From Flavobacteriaceae bacterium (GTDB taxonomy: Bacteria > Bacteroidota > Bacteroidia > Flavobacteriales > Flavobacteriaceae): DNA of 64,000 bases. Under the pieces are notes generated by a model, which was not told the DNA's origin, searched no databases, and worked only from the letters and a program-made list of their open reading frames with translations. Shown here in pieces: positions 18,378 through 27,489 of the stretch. The DNA lies in contig JBFOMC010000068.1 in the NCBI GenBank assembly GCA_040830565.1, positions 610 to 64,609 on the forward strand, given 5' to 3'. Made by a program: the position numbers and the translations under genes. How positions within the stretch are numbered: the stretch's first letter is position 1; each line of letters opens with the position of its first letter.

Positions 18378-19466
18378 ATGAAAACAGTTGTGACCTTTGG
18401 TGAAATTATGGGAAGAATTGCTTCGCCTGCAAATCTCCGTCTACGTCAGGCAAGAGATTTTGAAGTTACTTATGCGGGCGCAGAGGCCAGCGTAGCAGCT
18501 TCCATTTGCAATTATGGTGGAAAAGCTCGATATATTACGGCGCTTCCAAAGCACCCTCTGGCAGAAGCAGCAATGGATTCGGTTCGCGCGGTTGGAATAG
18601 ACACACAATATATTTTACGAACAGATGAAGGTAGACTAGGTCTTTATTTTCTGGAAACCGGTGCTAACCAACGGCCAAGTAATGTAGTGTATGATCGGGC
18701 AGATTCTGCGATATCAATTACTCCGGCAGATCAATACGACTGGGAAAGTATTTTTAAGGATGCGCAATGGCTGCATTTAAGCGGTATTACACCAGCCCTT
18801 TCCAAAAATGCAGCCGAGGCTACTTTGATTGCGGCTCAAAAAGCCAAAGAAGCTGGAGCTCAGGTTTCCATCGACCTGAATTTTCGCGGTAAACTTTGGA
18901 AATGGGATACGCCAAAAACAGCTCATGAACTTGCACAAGAGACCATGAGAGGAATTTTACCTTTCGTAGATGTCGTCGTAGGAAATGAGGAAGATTGTCA
19001 TGATGTTTTAGGGATTCAGGCTGGGGATACAGACGTACACTCAGGGACCTTAGATACCTCCCGATATCCCGATGTAGCCAGGCAGGTGGTGGAGCAATTT
19101 CCAAACCTCAGCAAAGTGGCGATAACCTTGAGAGAGAGCCTTTCTGCAAGTCACAACAACTGGGGAGCTATGTTATATGACTCAGCTGCAGACCAGGCAT
19201 ATTTTGCACCCTTGGATACTGATGGGAACTACCGGGCCTATCAAATTAAAAATATTGTAGATCGTGTGGGAGGAGGCGACTCCTTCGCCGCCGGTCTTAT
19301 TTTTGCCCTTACCACTCCTGAATTGAGTGATACCCAGACCGCCATCAATTATGCCGTTGCGGCCTCTTGCTTAAAACACTCCATCAAAGGGGATTTCAAT
19401 TATAGCACCCGGGCGGAAGTAGAACGCCTTATGGGTGGAAATGCCTCAGGACGGGTGGTAAGATAA
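18378..19466 (+). CDS. PfkB-family 2-dehydro-3-deoxy-gluconate/galactonate kinase
   Basis: 362 aa. N-terminal FGEIMGR. C-terminal DRVGGGDSFAAGLIFAL (PfkB anion-hole/ATP motif). Confidence 0.85.
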   Translation: MKTVVTFGEIMGRIASPANLRLRQARDFEVTYAGAEASVAASICNYGGKARYITALPKHPLAEAAMDSVRAVGIDTQYILRTDEGRLGLYFLETGANQRPSNVVYDRADSAISITPADQYDWESIFKDAQWLHLSGITPALSKNAAEATLIAAQKAKEAGAQVSIDLNFRGKLWKWDTPKTAHELAQETMRGILPFVDVVVGNEEDCHDVLGIQAGDTDVHSGTLDTSRYPDVARQVVEQFPNLSKVAITLRESLSASHNNWGAMLYDSAADQAYFAPLDTDGNYRAYQIKNIVDRVGGGDSFAAGLIFALTTPELSDTQTAINYAVAASCLKHSIKGDFNYSTRAEVERLMGGNASGRVVR

Positions 19467-19473
19467 AAGCGAA

Positions 19474-19701
19474 ATGGTAGCGATCAGGAGAATATCAATT
19501 TGGTTTTTTTTGATCGACCTGCCAGTTGGATGTAACTCAAAAAACAAGAAAACTTGTATAACTACTAGGCCTAATGTACTCCTCATTATGGTCGACGATC
19601 TCAATGATGCTATTGGGATCTTTGGAGATCGTTTACAAGCGAAAACTCGGCGCATTGATTTCTTAGGGGAGGTAACTAGACTTAATTTTCTTGCAAACTG
19701 A
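19474..19701 (+). pseudogene. remnant of an S1 sulfatase gene (signal peptide + first ~45 residues of the catalytic domain only)
   Basis: 75-codon ORF with LPVGC lipobox, then RPNVLLIMVDDLNDAIGIFGD..AKT, the sulfatase N-terminal metal-binding block. It ends before any CxPxR motif, and the next gene starts 6 nt later. Confidence 0.65.
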
Positions 19702-19707
19702 CCTTAA

Positions 19708-22281
19708 ATGAAGCGCATCCTTTTTTTATTAATTGCCTTGCAAGCTTTCCTGACTTTCGCTCAGCACGAAAGTAAAAAAGGTATTTGGTATGGTCCAACA
19801 GATGATGTTCCCAATTATGAATGGAATGCCCAATGGATTTGGATGGCTGATTCTGTATCCTCGCAGGTTATGCTCGCCAGAAAAACTTTTGAGATTCTCA
19901 AAGTACCCCAGGAAGCTTTCTTAAGAATTACAGCGAGTTCACAATACCAACTCTTTGTAAATGGCACATATGCAGGTCGAGGCCCGGCCCGGAGCGCCCC
20001 ACATCATCAGTCCTTTGATATCCTCAATATTGCTCCTTTGCTCAAACGAGCCAAGAATGTCATTGCTGTAAGGGTCCATGTTCAGAACGAGAAGTTTTCA
20101 TATCATTCCAAAGGAAGGGCGGGATTATTAGTTCAGTTAGACCTGCCTTTGGAGGAAAATAACCATACTATCCATACGGATGACAGCTGGAAGGTATCAC
20201 CGGATGATTCCTGGGATTCCGCTGCTCCGAAAATAAGTAGATTTCAACAGATCGTGAATGATCGCGTAGATTTGAGGAGCTATCCCAGAGGTTGGAAAAC
20301 CAGCACCTTTGACGATGCTAGCTGGTCCAATGCCACAATTTTGTATAGGACGGAGGGTTGGCCCGAAGTTCAAAAGAATAGTAGTCCGGGGGCACGGATG
20401 GTTCCCTGGGTAAACCTGGTTGCAAGAGATATTCCATATCTGCTTGAAAAAAGAATTCGGGCCGAAAATCTCAGGCAGGCAACGCAGATAGATTTGTCAG
20501 ATTTTTCAGGATCTGTCCCCTTTAAGGAGGAGATTGATAAGCGCTTTGAAGATCGGATAGACAAGTATTCTGAAGGCGCTGAACCGCTTGCCATACCGAT
20601 ATCTGCAAAAGGAAAAGCCTGGCTCTTTCTCTTCGATTTTGAACAGGTGTTGAACGGTACCCCCTTCCTGGAGATCCAAGGAAGTTCCGGAACAGAGGTG
20701 GAAATATTGGGTGCACCTTTTATGATCAATGACACCTTCACTTATAAAGTTGTTGATTCTGAGTTTAGAGATAAACTGATCCTCTCGGGGGAAAAGGACC
20801 TCTGGGAAGCTACCTATTTTAAACCTGTCCGTTATTTAGGGATCATTGTTCACAACCCAAAGGCTACAGTTAAACTTTTTACCGTAGGAACACGTCAAAT
20901 TAGGTACCCTTTTGAGCTGAAAGGCGCTATGGATGCAAAAGACCTTTCCTGGATAAAGGAATATATGGATGCAACAGCAAAGACTATAGACGTTTGCACC
21001 ACCGATGCATTTACAGATAATTACCGCGAAAGAAGGCAATACGCTCAAACAGGATATTATGCGAGCCTTGGTAACTACTATCTTTTTGGGGATACCTCGC
21101 TTCAACGCAGATATTTGATACAGACAGCCCAGGAGCAGGAAGCTAATGGGATCATGCCGGCCTATGCCCCGGCTGCGAGTGATGATTATATGATTATTTT
21201 GGATTCCAATTGTCTTTGGATAAGAAGTCTGCACGATTATTTATTGCATTCCGGGGATTATAAGACCGCCAGAGACTTGGTGCCTGCGGCCAGGAAGTTA
21301 ATGCTTTTACTTCATAGCTTTACCAATGAAATGGGCCTGATAGATGACCCACCCTACGCCTATTGGTTAGACCACGCTCTTCTGGATAGAAGGGGGGCTA
21401 ATCTTAACTTAAATGGCCATTATCTTGGAGCGCTGGAAGATTTTGCTGATATCCTGGAATGGCTTGATGGCAAAGAAGAAAGTGCCTCTTACAAAGAGAA
21501 AGCCAAGATCCTGCGCAGCAATCTTAGAACACATCTTTGGGATGACAAAAGAGGACTTTTTGCCGATGCCTTAATCGACGGAAAAAGATCTCAAATGTTC
21601 AGCGAGCAGTCAAATGCTGCCGCTCTTGCCCTAAATATAGCAAGTCAGGAACAAGCCGATAGAATTGCCTCTCAGTTACTTGTAAAAGATCAGCATAATT
21701 ATGTGAGGAGAAATTCCGGGCTTATTATGGTAACCCCGGCCATGTCTTATTATCTTCACAAAGGACTATGCCAGTATGGGTATGTTGATGCTTCTTTTCA
21801 AATGTTCCGCGGTCGTTTTGACAAAATGTTGGCCCAAAACAACAATGGAACACTTTGGGAAGAATGGTTTCTTAATGGCACAGGCCGTTCCGGAGAATTG
21901 CAAACAGGAAGAACAAGAAGCGATGCCCAAACTGAAAGCGCCTTTGCCCCCGCGCTGTTTGCAGAATTCCTACTGGGGGTAAAGCCATCGAAACCAGGGA
22001 TGACCGAGGTAGTCATTGGAAATACCAAAACACAACTTGAAAATATTTCAGGGAAAATACCTACCCCACAAGGAATTTTAGATGTCCGATGGAATAATTC
22101 CAAAGCTTCAAAGAAGCTCTTCTTAGAGGTTCCGGGCAATATGATTGTAAAGGTCGACCTATCTGGTTTTGATCAGATCAGCAGTAAACTCATTCAAGTA
22201 GATGGTCAGAAAATTGAAGTAAACCTGAGCAAGTCTCCTTATATGATTCTAGAGGAAGGAAAGCATCAGTTGAAGTTTTAA
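19708..22281 (+). CDS. secreted GH78-like (alpha-L-rhamnosidase family) six-hairpin glycosidase, divergent
   Basis: 857 aa. Signal peptide. WIWMAD...ARKTFEI...LRITASSQYQLFVNGTYAGRGPARS...NVIAVRVH resembles the bacterial rhamnosidase N-terminal domain. DNYRERRQYAQTGY resembles the D-x-P-x-RER-GW-GD block of the (alpha/alpha)6 domain. Confidence 0.5.
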   Translation: MKRILFLLIALQAFLTFAQHESKKGIWYGPTDDVPNYEWNAQWIWMADSVSSQVMLARKTFEILKVPQEAFLRITASSQYQLFVNGTYAGRGPARSAPHHQSFDILNIAPLLKRAKNVIAVRVHVQNEKFSYHSKGRAGLLVQLDLPLEENNHTIHTDDSWKVSPDDSWDSAAPKISRFQQIVNDRVDLRSYPRGWKTSTFDDASWSNATILYRTEGWPEVQKNSSPGARMVPWVNLVARDIPYLLEKRIRAENLRQATQIDLSDFSGSVPFKEEIDKRFEDRIDKYSEGAEPLAIPISAKGKAWLFLFDFEQVLNGTPFLEIQGSSGTEVEILGAPFMINDTFTYKVVDSEFRDKLILSGEKDLWEATYFKPVRYLGIIVHNPKATVKLFTVGTRQIRYPFELKGAMDAKDLSWIKEYMDATAKTIDVCTTDAFTDNYRERRQYAQTGYYASLGNYYLFGDTSLQRRYLIQTAQEQEANGIMPAYAPAASDDYMIILDSNCLWIRSLHDYLLHSGDYKTARDLVPAARKLMLLLHSFTNEMGLIDDPPYAYWLDHALLDRRGANLNLNGHYLGALEDFADILEWLDGKEESASYKEKAKILRSNLRTHLWDDKRGLFADALIDGKRSQMFSEQSNAAALALNIASQEQADRIASQLLVKDQHNYVRRNSGLIMVTPAMSYYLHKGLCQYGYVDASFQMFRGRFDKMLAQNNNGTLWEEWFLNGTGRSGELQTGRTRSDAQTESAFAPALFAEFLLGVKPSKPGMTEVVIGNTKTQLENISGKIPTPQGILDVRWNNSKASKKLFLEVPGNMIVKVDLSGFDQISSKLIQVDGQKIEVNLSKSPYMILEEGKHQLKF

Positions 22282-22297
22282 AGTAATCAGCAGTAAA

Positions 22298-23890
22298 ATG
22301 AAAAACTACCGTATTATCAGTATTATTCTTGTTTCAATTTTAATCTCCTGTAAACCCGAAACAAAGGAGCAGCAATTGAAGAAGCAACCTAATGTATTGT
22401 TCATTCTGGTAGATGATCTTGGCGAACGAGACCTTGGGTATTCCGGGAGTAAATATTATGACACCCCTAATATCGATAAACTAGCTAGCGAAGCAGCAAA
22501 TTTTATACAGGGTTATGCGGCCAGTAGGGTTTGTAGCCCGTCAAGAGCCAGTATCTTCACCGGACAATTTACGGCAAGGCATGGGATTACAGATTGGATA
22601 GGAGCAAAATCCGGAACGGCATGGCGCACACATAACAGGCATGATAAACTATTACCCGCAGATTATGTTCATAGTTTACCCGACGGCGATATTTCTCTGG
22701 CCGAAGCGATGAAGGCTGCAGGGTATACCACATTTTTTGCAGGCAAATGGCATTTAGGGAGTGAAGGCTCTTACCCGGAAGATCACGGTTTTGATATAAA
22801 CAAAGGAGGATGGGATAAAGGCAGCCCCATAGGGGGTTATTTTTCGCCCTGGGAGAATCCGAAACTCGAGAATCAACAAAAGGGAGAAAACCTCAGTATG
22901 AGATTGGCCAGGGAGACCTCTGGTTTTATAGAACAACATCAAGATGCTACTTTCTTTGCGTTTCTTTCTTTTTATGCGGTTCATGGCCCAATCCAAACCA
23001 CCCAGGAAAAGTGGCATAAGTATAGAGAAAAGGCCATAGATATGGGCCTGGCGGATAAGGGATATAAAATGGAGCGAGTTCTTCCCATTAGGCAAGTTCA
23101 AGACAACCCGGTTTATGCAGGATTGGTAGAAAGCACAGATGATGCTATTGGTCATGTTATGAATACCTTAGAAAGGCTAGGATTAGAAGATGATACCATC
23201 GTGGTCTTTACCTCAGACAATGGTGGGGTGGCTTCGGGTGATGCCTTTTCAACCTCAAATTTGCCATTGAGAGGTGGAAAGGGATACCAATGGGAAGGAG
23301 GGATAAGGGAACCTTATCTTATAAAAGTGCCTTGGTTGACCAAGACCCCAAGAATAATAGATTATCCGGTTACCGGCGCCGATTTTTATCCAACCTTGCT
23401 CGACCTGGCGAATATTAGTCTTATTCCGGAACAACACATTGATGGGATAACTTTAAAACCCCTTATTGAAGGAGCATCAACCCCAATGCCCAATAGAGCT
23501 TTATATTGGCATTACCCACATTATGGAAACCAAGGAGGAGAGCCTTCATCTATAATCAGAAAAGACCATTGGAAACTTATTCACTATTGGGAGGATGGTA
23601 GAAAGGAGTTATACGACCTTCAAAATGATCAGGGCGAAGAAAATGACCTGTCCAATGCTGAAAGCGAAATAGCACAGCGGTTAAGTGAACAACTAGAATC
23701 CTGGTTGACGGAAGTTGAGGCCAGGATGCCCTCCAAGGATCCGGACTACAACGATGAGGCCGCAGGTAAAAGGAAAGCTATGATAAAGAATGAATTATGG
23801 CCCAGCTTGGAAAAGCATAGGATAGAAATGTTGTCTGAAGGATATGAGCCTGATGATACCTGGTGGGGGAGCAAGGTAACCCAAGATTGA
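22298..23890 (+). CDS. S1 family sulfatase
   Basis: 530 aa. Lipoprotein signal (ILISC), NVLFILVDDLG, CSPSRASIFTG, FTSDNGG, GGKGYQWEGGIREP. Confidence 0.92.
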   Translation: MKNYRIISIILVSILISCKPETKEQQLKKQPNVLFILVDDLGERDLGYSGSKYYDTPNIDKLASEAANFIQGYAASRVCSPSRASIFTGQFTARHGITDWIGAKSGTAWRTHNRHDKLLPADYVHSLPDGDISLAEAMKAAGYTTFFAGKWHLGSEGSYPEDHGFDINKGGWDKGSPIGGYFSPWENPKLENQQKGENLSMRLARETSGFIEQHQDATFFAFLSFYAVHGPIQTTQEKWHKYREKAIDMGLADKGYKMERVLPIRQVQDNPVYAGLVESTDDAIGHVMNTLERLGLEDDTIVVFTSDNGGVASGDAFSTSNLPLRGGKGYQWEGGIREPYLIKVPWLTKTPRIIDYPVTGADFYPTLLDLANISLIPEQHIDGITLKPLIEGASTPMPNRALYWHYPHYGNQGGEPSSIIRKDHWKLIHYWEDGRKELYDLQNDQGEENDLSNAESEIAQRLSEQLESWLTEVEARMPSKDPDYNDEAAGKRKAMIKNELWPSLEKHRIEMLSEGYEPDDTWWGSKVTQD

Positions 23891-23929
23891 TCGGGCGATG
23901 ACATAAAAGGAAGTTTAATACGCATCAAT

Positions 23930-25807
23930 ATGATAATCAAACGAGCTTTAGTACTACTAGTTTTATTCATTTCAATCTGCTCTTGTGAAGAGAAGGAAGA
24001 GGAACAAGCGCGGCCAAATATTGTATGGATAGTAACCGAAGACAATTCTAAACACTTTTTGAAATTATATGACCAGGGTGGAGCCTCCATGCCCAATATT
24101 GAGGCTTTGGCTAAACAAGGAATTGTCTTCAATAATGCCTTTTCCAACGCGCCGGTCTGCTCGGTTGCCCGGAGTACAATTATTTCTGGTTGCTATGCAC
24201 CAAGAGTAGGCACCCAATACCATAGGAGAATGACCTTGGCCCCCATGCCCGAAGGCTTGAAAATGTTCCCGGAGTATCTTAGAGAAGCAGGATATTACAC
24301 CACTAATAATGCAAAAGAAGATTACAATTTTGTAAAATCTGGTAATGAATGGGATGAGTCCTCAAAAAAAGCAACCTACAAAAATCGAAAACCAGGCCAG
24401 CCTTTTTTCCATGTTCAGAATTTCCACAGCACTCATGAGGGTCAGTTGCATTTTACCAAAATGCAAATGGACAGCTTAAGCACGATGACTTCTACAGAAG
24501 ATGTAGAGGTGTTTCCCTATCATCCAGACACGCCAATCTACCGTTTCACAAATGCGTATTATCGCGATTTACATCAGAAAGTCGATGCTCAGATAGGAGA
24601 GTTTATTCAGCTATTGGAAGATGATGGTTTTATGGAAAATACCATTATCTTTTATTATGGCGATCATGGTGGAGTGCTTCCAAGAAGCAAAGGGTATATT
24701 TATGAAAGCGGCTTAAATGTGCCTCTGGTTGTATATATTCCTGAAAAATGGCAACATCTTACCTCTGCCAGTGTTGGAAGCAGAACGGATGCCTTTGTGC
24801 AATTCGTTGATTTAGCCCCAACTGTTTTAAATCTGGCCGGGATTGATATCCCTGAACAGATAGATGGTAAGCCTTTTTTAGGCAGGACGGTTACTAATCA
24901 AGATCTGAGTGAAAGGAATATAGCCTTTGGATACGCTGATCGGTTCGATGAAAAATACGACCTGGTCAGGTCTATTAGAAAAGGAAAGTATAAGTACATC
25001 AGGAATTACCAGCCTTTTAACATTGATGCCCTGTTTAATTTTTATCGATATAAAATGCTGGCTTACCAAGAATGGGAGGAATTATACGAAAAAGGAGCGT
25101 TAAGCGAAGTACAAGAACAGTTTTTTGAAGCACGATCCCCCGAAGCTCTTTACGATCTGGAAACTGATCCGCATGAACTGAATGATTTATCGACTGACCC
25201 AGCTTTCAGAGAAATCATGGAGGAACTTAGGACAGGCCTGCAGCAGCATCTAAAATCATTGCCAGATCTAAGTTTTTATCCGGAACCTCATTTTCTTGAA
25301 ACCGGACTTTCAAATCCGGTTGCATTTGGTTTACAGAGCAAGGATGAAATTGCCGCCCTGGTAGACATTGCGGATTTGAGTTTAAAATCATTTGAGGTTT
25401 CCAAAGCCGACATAGAGAAAGCTTTAGCCTCTGAGAACCCCTGGAAAAGATATTGGGGTTTAATTGTCTGTAGTTCTTTCGGGGAGGAGGCAAGACCTTT
25501 TTTTAAAACAGCCGTAGAGATGTCCAAAGAAGATGAAAACAATTTGGTGCGACTAAGAGCTGTGGAATTCTTAACGTTGTTTGTCCAAAAAGTGCCTTCA
25601 GAATTAATCCTTGAAATTGTTAAGAACGCGAAATCTGAGGCCGAGGCCAATTTAGTTCTAAACAGTATAGCCTTATTTAAGACCCTGAATGCTGATTTTG
25701 AGATGAATATTCCGAAAAGCATGTTTCCTTCAAAATGGTATGATAAGGAAGGGGATTTGGTAAACCGTAGAATAGATTTCATTAATGGTGGAAATGAATA
25801 CCAATAA
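23930..25807 (+). CDS. S1 sulfatase-like protein with an atypical active-site motif (CSVAR) and a C-terminal HEAT-like helical extension
   Basis: 625 aa. Lipoprotein signal (ISICSC). IVWIVTEDNS replaces the usual DD block. CSVARSTIISG at 24158..24172. YGDHGG. The last ~155 residues are helical-repeat-like (NPWKRYWGLIVCSSFGEEA ... LVRLRAVEFL). Confidence 0.8.
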   Translation: MIIKRALVLLVLFISICSCEEKEEEQARPNIVWIVTEDNSKHFLKLYDQGGASMPNIEALAKQGIVFNNAFSNAPVCSVARSTIISGCYAPRVGTQYHRRMTLAPMPEGLKMFPEYLREAGYYTTNNAKEDYNFVKSGNEWDESSKKATYKNRKPGQPFFHVQNFHSTHEGQLHFTKMQMDSLSTMTSTEDVEVFPYHPDTPIYRFTNAYYRDLHQKVDAQIGEFIQLLEDDGFMENTIIFYYGDHGGVLPRSKGYIYESGLNVPLVVYIPEKWQHLTSASVGSRTDAFVQFVDLAPTVLNLAGIDIPEQIDGKPFLGRTVTNQDLSERNIAFGYADRFDEKYDLVRSIRKGKYKYIRNYQPFNIDALFNFYRYKMLAYQEWEELYEKGALSEVQEQFFEARSPEALYDLETDPHELNDLSTDPAFREIMEELRTGLQQHLKSLPDLSFYPEPHFLETGLSNPVAFGLQSKDEIAALVDIADLSLKSFEVSKADIEKALASENPWKRYWGLIVCSSFGEEARPFFKTAVEMSKEDENNLVRLRAVEFLTLFVQKVPSELILEIVKNAKSEAEANLVLNSIALFKTLNADFEMNIPKSMFPSKWYDKEGDLVNRRIDFINGGNEYQ

Positions 25808-25887
25808 AAAGGTCTTTAACCCGGAGATTGAGGCTATTCTATCTTCCCAAATTATCTATGAAGTTCAAAATGCATAAAAACAGAGAC

Positions 25888-27450
25888 ATGAAAAGAAGTA
25901 TCAATTTCGGATTCCTAATTTGCCTGATGGCAATAATATTGGCACTATCCTGCAAAAAAGATCAAAAAACCATAGATACATCAGAACAAACGAGCAAACC
26001 AAATATCGTAATTATCTATGCTGATGATCTCGGATATGGAGAACTTGGGGCTTATGGAGCCACAGAATTAAAGACGCCTAACATGGATAAACTTGCCCAT
26101 GGCGGGATGAGGTTTACTAACGGTTACGCTTCTTCCGCAACCTGTACACCAAGTAGGTATGCCCTGCTTACCGGAGTTTACCCTTGGCGTAATAAGCGGG
26201 CCAAAATTCTCCCGGGAACAGCGCCTCTTATTATAGACACTGCTCAAATCACTTTACCAAAAATGTTGAAAGAGCAGCAGTACCATACGGGTATTGTTGG
26301 AAAATGGCACTTGGGACTGGGAACAGGGAATGTGAATTGGAATGAGAAGATTGCCCCGGGGCCCAATGAGCTTGGTTTTGATTACAGTAATATTTTGGCC
26401 GCTACTCAGGATAGGGTGCCCACAGTATACATCAAAAATGGGCATGTGGTTAATCTGGATCCCAATGACCCCATTCAGGTAGATTATGAAAAGAATTTTC
26501 CAGGGGAACCTACGGGGAAGGATAGTCCGGAGCTATTGAAAATGAAATGGCACCACGGGCACAATAACAGTATTGTAAATGGGATCCCTAGAATTGGTTT
26601 TATGAAGGGCGGGGAGGCTGCCAAATGGGTTGATGAGGATATGGCCGACTATTTTTTGGCAGATGCTCAGGAGTACATTAAAAGGCATAAAAACGAGCCA
26701 TTTTTCCTCTACTATGCGCTACAGCAACCTCATGTACCCCGAACACCACATCCTCGTTTTGTAGGCAGCTCAGGGATGGGTCCGAGAGGTGATGTTATTG
26801 TGGAGGCAGATTGGTGTATAGGTGAACTGATTAAAACCTTGGAGGATGAAGGAGTATTGGAAAACACTCTTATTATACTATCAAGTGATAATGGTCCGGT
26901 ATTGAACGATGGATATTTTGATGAGGCTGTGGAAAAGATTGGGAACCATAAACCAAAAGGACCACTTAGGGGAGGGAAGTACAGCTTATTTGAAGCGGGT
27001 ACAAGAGTCCCTTTTATTACCTATTGGAAAGGACAGATAAATCAGGGAGTTTCAGATGCTATAGTTTCTCAACTAGATCTGTTTTCCTCTCTGGCGGCCT
27101 TGGTTGGAAGTGATGAAAAAACAAAAGACAGTAAGGAACTGTTAGATGTTTTCTTGGGAAAACATGAAAAGGGAAGGGATGAATTGGTTATCGAAGCTAC
27201 CTCCAGAACAGCTTTCAGAAAAGGAGATTGGGCTATGATACCTCCCTATGATGGAGCTGCGGTGAATACTCAGGTGAATATAGAATTGGGTAATGCAAAT
27301 AGCTACCAGTTGTATAATCTAAAAGAAGACCTGGAGCAGCAAAACAATCTGGCAGAGGTCCATCCTGATAAATTGGAGGAGATGATCAAAGCCTTTGAGG
27401 CAATAAGGGGAGAAGCTAATGAGGAAGTCCGGGAGCTAGAACTTAAGTAA
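25888..27450 (+). CDS. S1 family sulfatase
   Basis: The ORF is open from 25828, but Met at 25888 gives a lipoprotein signal MKRSINFGFLICLMAIILALSC. IVIIYADDLGYGE, CTPSRYALLTG, SSDNGP, GGKYSLFEAGTRVP. Confidence 0.92.
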   Translation: MKRSINFGFLICLMAIILALSCKKDQKTIDTSEQTSKPNIVIIYADDLGYGELGAYGATELKTPNMDKLAHGGMRFTNGYASSATCTPSRYALLTGVYPWRNKRAKILPGTAPLIIDTAQITLPKMLKEQQYHTGIVGKWHLGLGTGNVNWNEKIAPGPNELGFDYSNILAATQDRVPTVYIKNGHVVNLDPNDPIQVDYEKNFPGEPTGKDSPELLKMKWHHGHNNSIVNGIPRIGFMKGGEAAKWVDEDMADYFLADAQEYIKRHKNEPFFLYYALQQPHVPRTPHPRFVGSSGMGPRGDVIVEADWCIGELIKTLEDEGVLENTLIILSSDNGPVLNDGYFDEAVEKIGNHKPKGPLRGGKYSLFEAGTRVPFITYWKGQINQGVSDAIVSQLDLFSSLAALVGSDEKTKDSKELLDVFLGKHEKGRDELVIEATSRTAFRKGDWAMIPPYDGAAVNTQVNIELGNANSYQLYNLKEDLEQQNNLAEVHPDKLEEMIKAFEAIRGEANEEVRELELK

Positions 27451-27489
27451 TTGCTCTCACATATATATTATGAATTAAATCCAGGGTAA

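Noticed and set aside
25288-25782. 164-aa antisense ORF opposite the C-terminal HEAT-like region of the 625-aa sulfatase.
   Set aside because: The plus-strand frame is continuous with the sulfatase domain and ends at a sensible stop. The antisense ORF has no start context or motifs.
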